NCBI GenBank assembly: GCA_030765505.1
Contig: JAVCCL010000043.1
Coordinates: 5,686-69,685, forward strand
Length of the DNA: 64,000 nt
Direction of reading: 5' to 3'
Origin: Candidatus Kaelpia imicola
GTDB lineage: Bacteria > Omnitrophota > Gorgyraeia > Kaelpiales > Kaelpiaceae
The notes beneath the pieces are model-generated. The model ran no database searches and was not told the origin of the DNA. It worked only from the letters and a program-made list of their open reading frames with translations. Position numbers and translations under genes: made by a program. Numbering within the stretch: position 1 is the stretch's first letter; each line of letters opens with the position of its first letter. Shown piece by piece: positions 9,029 to 18,077 of this stretch.

Positions 9029-10517
9029 CTTTTTGCTCCTCTCTTTTTATAGGCAGTTTAAAATAGAAATGGCTTCCTTTTCCAATCTTGCTCTCAACCC
9101 AGATAGTACCGCCGTGGGCTTCGATGATCTGTTTAACAAGGGAGAGCCCAAGGCCTGTTCCTTTCTTCTCTCGATTAATAGCATTATCAGCTCTGAAGAA
9201 CTCATTAAACAATTTATCCAGGTCTCTATCATCAATACCGGCTCCTGTATCATAGACTTCAAATTTGACATAACCGTCTTCTGAGGTCAGGTTTAATCCG
9301 ATCTGCCCAAGTTCGGGAGTAAATTTGAGAGCATTACTGAGTAAATTCACCAAAACTCTTTCAAGCTGAAGTTTATCAACCATTATATTCTCAGTTTCAG
9401 CTTCAAATCTGGTTCTAAACTCTATTCTTAGCTCTTCTGTCTGAGGTGCGATTATCTCTTCAACGTCTTTTATGACTTCATGTAATGAGATATCTTCAAT
9501 ATGCATCGTTGTCTTACCGGATTTAATTCTTGAGATATCAAGCAGATTATTTATAAGGTTTACAAGTTCGTTTGAATGTCTGTTAATTCTTTTTAACCTC
9601 TCCTGCTGTTCTTTTTCTAATTTTCCCAATCTTCCGCTGGAGAGTATCGTTGCATAACCTTTTATTGAGGTAAGGGGGGTGCGCAGCTCATGGGCAACTG
9701 CAGATACAAACTCATTCTTAGCCTGGTCTACTACTTGTAAGGCTTTATTTGCTTCTTGGAGCTCTCTGGTTCTCTCTTTGACACGTTCTTCCAAGTCCTG
9801 ATATGATTTCCAGAGCTGCTCATAGAGTGATGCATTCTCTATGCTCTGGACAAGCTGGTTTGCCAGAAGAGATAATATCTCTATATCCGACTCAGACGGC
9901 TTTTGGAATGTCTTTGTATTTCCTATCACCATAACACCGATACTTTTCTCTCTGATAGATAGGGGAAGTATGATCATAGATGTTAAGTTGAGTTTCTCAG
10001 CCAAGGGAGCTAGGCCTTCGGGCATATGAACTTTGCTTCCTACATATATAGGGCCTTTTAAGGCCGAGATACTATCTATTATATTATCCGGTATCTGGGG
10101 TTCTTCATTGCCGTAGCCGGTAAACTGTTTGACTCTGATATCCTTGCCGCTATCGTCGAATATAAAGAAAGCCAGTTTTTCAAAGTTCAGCTCTTCAATA
10201 TCTTCCTGCTCTATGCTCTGGAGTATTTTGTCGGTTTCAAAAGTATTGGATACTGTCTGGGTTATCTTATATAGAGTATTTAGCGCCTTTAGTTTTTTAT
10301 CCAGCTCTCTTTGGGTTCTTTGGAAGTTCAGGTTTGTATCGGCAAGGAGTTTTGACTGGGATTCAACTTCGGTATAGACCCGGCGCATATATTCAAGTTC
10401 AGAGAGAAGCTTCTTTTTATTCATCTTCTCTTGGCCAAGAAGAGTGATAAGGAATGTAGCCAGTGTGAGCAGTATAAAAAAGAGTATTAATAAGCCTAGT
10501 CCGATATTTATATACAT
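9021..10517 (-). CDS. Membrane-anchored GAF sensor histidine kinase
   Basis: N-terminal TM, GAF region ending IENASLY, H-box AHELRTPLTSIKG, N-box NLLSNALKF, DTGAGI and GTGLGL. Confidence 0.92.
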   Translation of the reverse strand: MYINIGLGLLILFFILLTLATFLITLLGQEKMNKKKLLSELEYMRRVYTEVESQSKLLADTNLNFQRTQRELDKKLKALNTLYKITQTVSNTFETDKILQSIEQEDIEELNFEKLAFFIFDDSGKDIRVKQFTGYGNEEPQIPDNIIDSISALKGPIYVGSKVHMPEGLAPLAEKLNLTSMIILPLSIREKSIGVMVIGNTKTFQKPSESDIEILSLLANQLVQSIENASLYEQLWKSYQDLEERVKERTRELQEANKALQVVDQAKNEFVSAVAHELRTPLTSIKGYATILSSGRLGKLEKEQQERLKRINRHSNELVNLINNLLDISRIKSGKTTMHIEDISLHEVIKDVEEIIAPQTEELRIEFRTRFEAETENIMVDKLQLERVLVNLLSNALKFTPELGQIGLNLTSEDGYVKFEVYDTGAGIDDRDLDKLFNEFFRADNAINREKKGTGLGLSLVKQIIEAHGGTIWVESKIGKGSHFYFKLPIKREEQKDG

Positions 10518-10565
10518 CTACTCTTCCTCTTCATTTAATCTTCTTCCTTTTATTTAGATAGATAA

Positions 10566-11786
10566 TTATACATTCTTTACCCCTAAGGCAGCTATAAGTA
10601 TTGTGCCGTTCTGATAATAAGAGGAACTGATTAGCTGAGAAGAGTCTCCCAAGGGTGCAAACTGTCCTCTTGTATATATCCCAATTATCTTTGTGGTCTC
10701 GGGAACTTTTTTCTTTATAAGATTTATCTCAGTATTTATATCTACCCCTAAGATCTCTTTACGTTCTATTCCTGAAACCAATATTATGAACTTGGGACTT
10801 ATCTTCTCCTTCTGAAATGGTTTTAAGGCTTGGTCTAGAGCTTTCTCGGTTGCTTTAAGCAGGGCCTTTCTGGTCCCCATCATCAGTCTCAGGTGTTGGT
10901 TCTCAGTGACTTGTGAGTCTAGTAATATACTGCCGCCGGGTTCAAAGAACTTGGGGAACTTTATTATGTAATTATCTTTTTCGGTTTCAAACCCTAAGGG
11001 GTATATCGTAGCAATTGAAGTTATATCATCTTTCCTTAGATCAAGGTGTTTACCCAGATATTGAAAGTAGTATTTCAGGGGGCTCATATCGTCTAAGTCC
11101 TGGACTCTATTGGTTTCCGCTTTCTTTATTTTCTTAGGCAGCCCCAGAGGGATCCAGCCATGATAAGATCCCACTCCGACAATTAGGTTCTCGCCTGCAA
11201 ATAGTATCCCAACCACTCCATCTTTACTGCTCTGGCGGTTAAAAGATATCTCGGTTGGATTTAAAGACGAATCAGATGATACTATGCCTCCTACGATAGG
11301 AAACCTTATCCCTAGTACTTCCTGCAGTCCTTTTAAGAATTCTGTTTTTTGGATGAAACTGTCAGAGCCGAAAACAAGAGCGAGTCTCTTCTGGGACTCT
11401 TTTTTCTGGGTCTTAGCTTCCAGGGAATCCAGCAGCCCCCAGGCCAGGTGGTGTCCTGCTATGTAGGGGTTCTCGCTTAAGTTCTTAACCAGAGATACTG
11501 CATGATAGTAGGAGTGGCCGGATAAGAGGCTTAAGACCACAGATCTTTTTTTAAAAGTATTGTTTATTACATTAGCCTGAGAGTTTATTATTACAAGGTT
11601 TTTCTCTCCTATGGTTGCTTTTATGCCGTCGTTCATCTGCAGGATAGGGTACTCATAGTGAGAGAATGCTATTCCTATCTCAGGGACGTCTGCTCCTAGA
11701 GACGAGAGAGCTTTAACCGCGGCATTCTTGCCGGCGAAGTAAGCATTAGTATCTGAACTAATGCCGGTTCCTATTCTTAGAGTCAT
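10566..11786 (-). CDS. FIST (NosP-like) sensory domain protein
   Basis: FPIVGG, HGWIPLG, YPLG, C-terminal GIYTRGQFAP and YQNGT, which match the FIST_N/FIST_C pattern. Confidence 0.75.
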   Translation of the reverse strand: MTLRIGTGISSDTNAYFAGKNAAVKALSSLGADVPEIGIAFSHYEYPILQMNDGIKATIGEKNLVIINSQANVINNTFKKRSVVLSLLSGHSYYHAVSLVKNLSENPYIAGHHLAWGLLDSLEAKTQKKESQKRLALVFGSDSFIQKTEFLKGLQEVLGIRFPIVGGIVSSDSSLNPTEISFNRQSSKDGVVGILFAGENLIVGVGSYHGWIPLGLPKKIKKAETNRVQDLDDMSPLKYYFQYLGKHLDLRKDDITSIATIYPLGFETEKDNYIIKFPKFFEPGGSILLDSQVTENQHLRLMMGTRKALLKATEKALDQALKPFQKEKISPKFIILVSGIERKEILGVDINTEINLIKKKVPETTKIIGIYTRGQFAPLGDSSQLISSSYYQNGTILIAALGVKNV

Positions 11787-11846
11787 AAGATTGTTGCTTT
11801 TTTTAAATTAGCAAATATGTTTATATAATAAAATTTATGTTTAGTT

Positions 11847-13511
11847 ATGTCAATTTTATTAACCGTTGAGAATATTTTTGGTACAATAACAGCAATGAGA
11901 AAGATGTATAATATCTTGCTTCTATCGCTAGTGGTTTTAATTCCGCTTCTCTTCTCCAGATCTACTTTTGAAGTTGTGAGGGCGAAGATTACGTTATTTG
12001 AGTTAATCTTACCCTGGATCTTCTCTATCTGGCTCTGGCGTAATTTTAAATCCGGGTTTAAGGATTTGTCCAGACAGCCTCCTCTGCTGCTTCTGATTGT
12101 AGTCCTGTTCTATGTTCTGGGGCTATTTCTCTATTTCAGGAACAGTTTCCATACCGCCTGTTTTGAGAAGCTGCTTTTAAATACTCTCTCTCTTGTGTTG
12201 ATACTCACATTAATAGCCAAGGAGCCCGGCAGAGAGCTGCTGCATAAGACGCTTATCTATCCGGCGCTTCTGGTCTTTGGTTTTGGGCTTTTCCAGATAT
12301 TTGGAGTAAATATAGCTAATTACGGAGATGAGTTCTTGAAGCAGTCCAGAATATTCTCAAGTCTTGCAAATCCCAACAACCTGGCGCTGTATGCCAATAT
12401 GGTTATCTTTTTGAGCATCTACTGCTATCTGAAGAAGAGGAATTTTTTCTATCTTATTATCATAGTTTTTGGACTCTTTAATCTCATCTTCACAAAGAGC
12501 GGGAGCGGCCTGATATCTTTTATCTTTGGGCTTCTGATATTCTCTTTCTCTCTAAAGAAAAATATTCGAGTCTTGAGTGTGATCTTATTTGCAGTTATAC
12601 TTCTCTCTCTGATTATGAGTGCTGTATCGTTAAAGACCGAATCTTTCTTTTACCGAAGCTATATCTGGAGTGATGTCTATAGAGTCATAAAAGAGAGGCC
12701 TTTTGCAGGCTGGGGTTTAGGGAGTTTCTCTTCCGTCTATCCTTACTTTAGAAACCCCAGGCTCTTTATCCTGCTTCAAGACCACCAGATAGAGTTTGTT
12801 CACCCTGAGAACTATTATTTCAATTTAATCGTGGAGGGCGGCTTCTTATATCTGTTCTTATTTCTCTTTATGAATGCTACTCTCTTCTATTATCTTTTTA
12901 AGTATAAGAGAGGTTCAAGCTTAAGCTTCTGTTACCTTGCTATCTTAGGTTCTATGCTCTTCCAGAATCTTTTCTCTCAGAGCTTCTATAGTTTTACTCC
13001 CTATTTTTTATATCTGGTAATATTTGCTTTAGCGATGCGTGAGGTTGGGAGCCGTTCAGTTAGGAGAGCTAATATGACCAGGTTTCAGATTCCAGTTGTC
13101 CTGCTCTTTGTTATGTTGAATATAACGGTGAACTATTATGCCCTGAGGTTTTTTATCTCCGATAGTTATTTAAAAGAGGCAGTCTATTATTCTCAACTCA
13201 GAAGGCTCTCCCGCGCAGAGCCTCTCTATAAGAGGTCGATAGAGTATAACTATTTTAACGCCTTACCTCACTACCTGCTTGGGAACCTATACTTAGAAGA
13301 TGGGAATGAGGCCAATCTCTATCAGGCTTTGAGGTATTATAATAATGTAGAGTATATGGCCGGGAACTATCTTCAGCTCTATGCTTTTAAGGCGCTTCTT
13401 TACAGCAGGCTGGGAGATAGAGAGGGAATGGATCTCTATTTTAAGAAGATGGAACGCAATAATCCTTATCTCTATAGACAGTTTAAACATTATATTGAAC
13501 TTAAGGACTAA
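11847..13511 (+). CDS. O-antigen ligase-like (Wzy_C) protein with TPR tail; probable pilin O-oligosaccharyltransferase
   Basis: About 12 TM helices, SSLANPNNLA, R.YIW...IKERPFAGWGLGSF, HPENYYFNLIVEGG and a C-terminal TPR. Likely start is ATG 11895. Confidence 0.75.
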   Translation: MSILLTVENIFGTITAMRKMYNILLLSLVVLIPLLFSRSTFEVVRAKITLFELILPWIFSIWLWRNFKSGFKDLSRQPPLLLLIVVLFYVLGLFLYFRNSFHTACFEKLLLNTLSLVLILTLIAKEPGRELLHKTLIYPALLVFGFGLFQIFGVNIANYGDEFLKQSRIFSSLANPNNLALYANMVIFLSIYCYLKKRNFFYLIIIVFGLFNLIFTKSGSGLISFIFGLLIFSFSLKKNIRVLSVILFAVILLSLIMSAVSLKTESFFYRSYIWSDVYRVIKERPFAGWGLGSFSSVYPYFRNPRLFILLQDHQIEFVHPENYYFNLIVEGGFLYLFLFLFMNATLFYYLFKYKRGSSLSFCYLAILGSMLFQNLFSQSFYSFTPYFLYLVIFALAMREVGSRSVRRANMTRFQIPVVLLFVMLNITVNYYALRFFISDSYLKEAVYYSQLRRLSRAEPLYKRSIEYNYFNALPHYLLGNLYLEDGNEANLYQALRYYNNVEYMAGNYLQLYAFKALLYSRLGDREGMDLYFKKMERNNPYLYRQFKHYIELKD

Positions 13512-13547
13512 TTATTATAGTATAAGGTTATAAAAAGAGAGGTTTCT

Positions 13548-15344
13548 ATGGCTGAAGAAGAGAGAGAGTTGGATCCTCAGGAAGAGAGTCCTGAGATTGA
13601 AGAGAGAGACTTATCAGGGTTAGACGGAGATGAGGATATCATATTAAATGAGGTGATTAAGAAAGATGGGCAGCCCTCCTTTATAAAAGAGAAGAGTTTA
13701 GAAGAGCTTCTTGTAGACAGAGGTCTTCTTACGGATGAACAGCTTGACTCAGCTAAGGCTGAAGCCAAAGAGACCGGCAAATTACTCAAAGATATATTGA
13801 TTGAAAGCGGTTTTATCTCTCAGGAACATATGCCTCTTCTCTGGGGTGCTGAGCTTGGGGTTAAGAGCGTAGACCTATCCAGTTTTATCATAGAGCCTGA
13901 GATAGCCGGACTTGTTCCTGAAGCAACGGTAAGAAAGTTAAAAATCCTTCCTCTATTTAAAGAGGGCAACAGTTTGACAGTTGCTATGGCCGACCCGACC
14001 GATGTTAGGATTATCGATGAGCTGCATCGTGAGACTGCTCTCATGATTGAGCCGGTGCTTGCATCTGATATGGAGATCATAAGGACGATTGATCAGACTT
14101 ACGGTACAGCCGATACAATCTATGAGATTGTCAAGAGTGTTGATGAGAAGAAGCTCTTAAGTTCAAAAGAGGCGGGAGATGAAGCCCCGATAGTCAAGCT
14201 TACCAACCTCATTATAGTTCAGGCTGTGAGAGATAGGGCTTCGGATATCCATATTGAGCCTGAAGAGAAGATGGTTAGAGTCAGATATCGGATTGACGGA
14301 GTCTTACATAGAGTCATATCACTGCCGAAGTTTCTGCAGATGCCTATTACCTCACGTATAAAGATTATGTCTGATTTAGATATTGCAGAGCGCAGGCTTC
14401 CCCAGGATGGAAGAATCAGGATGGATGTAGGTAATAAATCTATAGATTTGCGTGTCTCTCTGCAGCCGACGCTCTTTGGTGAAAACGTTGTGATGAGAAT
14501 CCTGGATAAATCCAGCATTATGATAGGTATTGAGAGTCTGGGATTTTCAAAAGATGATTTCAATACCTTTACAAATGTTATACGCGCGCCGCATGGGATG
14601 ATTCTTGTAACAGGCCCTACTGGAAGCGGTAAGACAACGACGCTCTATTCCGCTATTAACAGGATAAATACGGAAGATAGAAGTATTATGACAATGGAGG
14701 ACCCTACGGAGTATCAGATTCCTCTTGTCAGGCAGACCCAGGTCAATCCCCAGATAGGTCTTACCTATGCTGCCGGGCTGCGTGCGATATTGAGGCAGGA
14801 TCCTGATATTATAATAGTAGGTGAAGTCAGAGATTTAGAGACAGCCGAGATAGCTGTCCATGCTGCTTTGACAGGTCATCTGGTCTTCTCGACCCTGCAT
14901 ACCAACGATGCTGCTTCTGCTTTCACAAGGCTCATTGACATGGGAGTCGAGGCTTTTCTAGCCTCCAGTTCTGTAATAGGTGTTATAGCCCAGCGTCTTA
15001 TCAGGGTAATATGCGAGAAGTGCAAGGAAGAGTTTAAGCCTACCAAGGCGATATTGGATGAGATGGGTATTGTAGATAAAGGAGATACTATCTTCTATGA
15101 GGGTGCCGGTTGTCCGCTCTGCAAGGGTACAGGTTATAAGGGAAGGATTGGAATATTCTCTATACTAAGGGTAACCTCCAAAATTCAGGATCTTATAGTC
15201 TCCCGTGCCCCTGCTACCGATATCGATAAGGTGGCCAGATCGGAGGGTATGGACTCTTTAAGAGATGACTGTCTGGATAAGGTTAAAAAGGGAATTACAA
15301 CGGTTGAAGAGATGTTCAGGGTTACTCAGGATATAGTTGTATAG
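13548..15344 (+). CDS. pilB: Type IV pilus/T2SS assembly ATPase (PilB/GspE)
   Basis: ASDIHIEP, RYRIDG, ERRLPQDGR, Walker A GPTGSGKTTT, LRQDPD, GEVRD, TGHLVFSTLHTND, AQRL and tetra-Cys zinc motif. Confidence 0.93.
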   Translation: MAEEERELDPQEESPEIEERDLSGLDGDEDIILNEVIKKDGQPSFIKEKSLEELLVDRGLLTDEQLDSAKAEAKETGKLLKDILIESGFISQEHMPLLWGAELGVKSVDLSSFIIEPEIAGLVPEATVRKLKILPLFKEGNSLTVAMADPTDVRIIDELHRETALMIEPVLASDMEIIRTIDQTYGTADTIYEIVKSVDEKKLLSSKEAGDEAPIVKLTNLIIVQAVRDRASDIHIEPEEKMVRVRYRIDGVLHRVISLPKFLQMPITSRIKIMSDLDIAERRLPQDGRIRMDVGNKSIDLRVSLQPTLFGENVVMRILDKSSIMIGIESLGFSKDDFNTFTNVIRAPHGMILVTGPTGSGKTTTLYSAINRINTEDRSIMTMEDPTEYQIPLVRQTQVNPQIGLTYAAGLRAILRQDPDIIIVGEVRDLETAEIAVHAALTGHLVFSTLHTNDAASAFTRLIDMGVEAFLASSSVIGVIAQRLIRVICEKCKEEFKPTKAILDEMGIVDKGDTIFYEGAGCPLCKGTGYKGRIGIFSILRVTSKIQDLIVSRAPATDIDKVARSEGMDSLRDDCLDKVKKGITTVEEMFRVTQDIVV

Positions 15345-15365
15345 TAACTGCAATATAAAAAGGAT

Positions 15366-15860
15366 ATGGATATGAAGAAGAGGTTGAGTTCTTTTACCCT
15401 GATGGAGCTGATAGTTGTCATGTCTGTTATAATTGTCTTAGGCGGTATATTACTTCCTCAGGTTAATCGCGTAATAACGGAGGCAAGAACATCGAAAGCG
15501 AAGGCAGAGTTAGAGCATATAAAGGCTGCTATGCTGGCTTATAAGGAAGATACCGGGGAGCTTCCTCCTAAGGCAGCCACATTTACTGAGAGCTCTATTA
15601 CTGCAGCTATTATAAATGCTCTCCTGAGTACTGATAGTGCCACAGGATGGGACGGACCCTATCTTGATAAATCGGTTCTGACTGATCCCTGGGAAGAAGA
15701 CTATATATATGCCGATAATGACGGGACAGCAAATTATCCGATTTCTTATCTTCTCTCTAAAGGCTCAGATAAGACTAAAGATATATCAAATCCTCATCTA
15801 ACAACTGCTTCGGGAGCGGATGATGATATCTATGTTGTTGTCTATAACGATGGAGATTAA
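15366..15860 (+). CDS. GspG-like (pseudo)pilin
   Basis: SS/FTLMEL class III signal, plus GWDGPYL, DPW..DY.Y and terminal acidic loop GADDDI. Confidence 0.85.
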   Translation: MDMKKRLSSFTLMELIVVMSVIIVLGGILLPQVNRVITEARTSKAKAELEHIKAAMLAYKEDTGELPPKAATFTESSITAAIINALLSTDSATGWDGPYLDKSVLTDPWEEDYIYADNDGTANYPISYLLSKGSDKTKDISNPHLTTASGADDDIYVVVYNDGD

Positions 15861-15862
15861 AA

Positions 15863-16309
15863 ATGATGAAACTGAAAAAGAATAAAACAGGTTTTACCCT
15901 TGCGGAGATAGTTGCAATTCTCGTTATTCTGAGTCTCTTATCAGGTGTTATTACGCCTCAGATAGTCAAGACCATTAAAAAAGGAAGAGATGCCAGGCGT
16001 ATAGCGGATATTGATAGTCTTGCCTCGGCTCTTCAGATTTACCATCTGGATAATACCGTCTATCCTACTGCTGCAGCCTGGACTTACTCAACAGGTGCTT
16101 TTTTAGGGGATCTTACAACGGGTAACTATATAACTCAGACTATAGAAGACCCCAAGAATGATGCTACTTATAAGTATGCCTATATAAGGGTAGCAGGAGA
16201 TGACCCCTATGCTGTAATAGGCTGTACTAAGTTTGAGCAGCTCGCTTCTATGGGCGGAACGGTTGAAGCCATAACTCTATATTATTACAAAAAGCTCTAT
16301 GAAAAGTAG
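15863..16309 (+). CDS. Type IV pilin-like protein
   Basis: G/FTLAEI signal, RDARRIADI..L..AL..Y..DN..YP and EDP. Confidence 0.85.
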   Translation: MMKLKKNKTGFTLAEIVAILVILSLLSGVITPQIVKTIKKGRDARRIADIDSLASALQIYHLDNTVYPTAAAWTYSTGAFLGDLTTGNYITQTIEDPKNDATYKYAYIRVAGDDPYAVIGCTKFEQLASMGGTVEAITLYYYKKLYEK

Positions 16310-16343
16310 AGATGTCAACCTGTCTATCTTAAGGAGTTTAAAT

Positions 16344-16832
16344 ATGAAGACTTCAAAAAGAGGCTGGACTTTGATTGAGCTTGTTATGGTTATAGTGGTT
16401 ATATCCATTTTAGCTTCAATAGCTATTATTAAGATAAATGATGTTATGCAGGCAGGTAAGGTTGCTGCCGCGGTCTCTGATATAAATATAATAAAGAGAG
16501 CTCTTATGAGTTATTTCGGTGACAATATTGCTTTTCCTTCTGATGCTGCTGCCGGAGCTGATCCCGGTTTAGCCCCGGACTACATAGACTCCTGGCCGGC
16601 TGAGAATCCCTGGGAAGGAGAGTATGAGTATAACTACGGGACCTATGCCGATTTTAATTTTGACGGTACAGCGGGCAATGAAGTCTATCTCTCTATAAAT
16701 AAAGGAAGTGATAATTTGACATCTGAGACATGTACAGAGGTTGATAATCTTTTGGATGATGGTACGACTACAACCGGTAAGGTCAGATCCGATGGGTCAA
16801 CCTATATCTATATCTATGTTTCAGAGGGCTAG
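16344..16832 (+). CDS. Type IV pilin / GspG-like protein
   Basis: Start moved to ATG 16344 (SD AAGGAG at 16331). RG/WTLIEL signal, NPWEGEYEY and CTEVDNLLDDG. Confidence 0.85.
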   Translation: MKTSKRGWTLIELVMVIVVISILASIAIIKINDVMQAGKVAAAVSDINIIKRALMSYFGDNIAFPSDAAAGADPGLAPDYIDSWPAENPWEGEYEYNYGTYADFNFDGTAGNEVYLSINKGSDNLTSETCTEVDNLLDDGTTTTGKVRSDGSTYIYIYVSEG

Positions 16833-16857
16833 GGTAAATATTTTAAATCGATAAGGT

Positions 16858-18075
16858 ATGCCTACATATATATATAAAGCGATAGATGCTAACGGTAAAT
16901 ATTCCAAAGGTAAACTTAAGGTATCGAGTGAGTCTGAAGTAGAGAGCATAATCTCTCAGCAGGGCCGGACGCTTATAAGTGTCCAGGAAGCAGCTAAGAA
17001 GCAGCAGTTTTTCTCTTCGGCAAAAAAGGTATCCAAGATAAAGAATAGTTCCCTGATCAGTTTTACCTATCAGCTGGGGACATATGTTGATAGCGGTGTG
17101 CCGCTCTTAAGCTCGTTATATGATCTCTCTAAGACCCCCGAGGATCCCTACCTAAGCAGCGTGGTCTCTGATCTCTACTCTATGATAGAGAAGGGTTTCT
17201 CTTTTGAAGAATCTTTGAAGTCTTATCCTAAGATATTCGACAATCTATATGTAGGGGCTATAAGAAGCGGTGAGACAACAGGTAATCTGGCTGAAGTCTT
17301 AAAATATCTCTCTCATTATCTGGAGTGGAAGGCTGCGATAAAATCTCAGGTGATACAGGCTATGATCTATCCGGTTGTTCTTCTGGTTGCTATAGGAGGT
17401 GCTATAATAATTTTGGTTACGTTTGTGTTTCCCAAGTTTGTCAGCATATTTGAAGGCATGAATATAGATATACCTATCACAACCAAGATGTTAATGATAT
17501 TGAGCAAGACTGTCCGTTCTCAATGGAAGGTCCTTATTGTAGGCTCTACTGCCGCTTTCATTGCTTTTAAGGCCTATCTCAAAACTCAGCAGGGAGGGTT
17601 ATTATTTGATAGATTGAAGTTTAAGCTGCCTATATTCGGGACACTGCTTAATAAAGTTGCTGTATCCCGTTTTACTCATACTTTCTCAATGGCTTTAAGG
17701 AGCGGTATTGATGTTATAAGAGCATTGGATCTATGCATCAAGGTTGTAGGTAATAAGGTCTTGGAACTGGATATATCCTCAATAAGAGATAAAGTTAATA
17801 TAGGGGAGAACCTGGCTAATGCTTTTAAAGAGAGTCATGGGTTCCCTCCTCTGGTTACAAGGATGATCTCAGTCGGTGAGAGTTCCGGTACGCTGGAGGA
17901 GACGGTACGTAAGGTATCTGAATATTACGATAGCGAGGTTCCTAAAACTATAAGCAGAGTCTTCTCTTTGATGGAGCCGCTGCTCTTAGTTATTATGGGT
18001 CTGGGTGTAGGCTTTGTAGCTTTTTCAATATTTGTTCCGATGTTCAGTATGGTTAATGTCGTTAAGGCACATTAA
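16858..18075 (+). CDS. pilC: Inner-membrane platform protein PilC/GspF
   Basis: MPTYIYKA start, SGVPLL, GETTGNL, AMIYP, GESSGTL and LMEP, giving two T2SSF domains. Confidence 0.92.
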   Translation: MPTYIYKAIDANGKYSKGKLKVSSESEVESIISQQGRTLISVQEAAKKQQFFSSAKKVSKIKNSSLISFTYQLGTYVDSGVPLLSSLYDLSKTPEDPYLSSVVSDLYSMIEKGFSFEESLKSYPKIFDNLYVGAIRSGETTGNLAEVLKYLSHYLEWKAAIKSQVIQAMIYPVVLLVAIGGAIIILVTFVFPKFVSIFEGMNIDIPITTKMLMILSKTVRSQWKVLIVGSTAAFIAFKAYLKTQQGGLLFDRLKFKLPIFGTLLNKVAVSRFTHTFSMALRSGIDVIRALDLCIKVVGNKVLELDISSIRDKVNIGENLANAFKESHGFPPLVTRMISVGESSGTLEETVRKVSEYYDSEVPKTISRVFSLMEPLLLVIMGLGVGFVAFSIFVPMFSMVNVVKAH

Positions 18076-18077
18076 AA

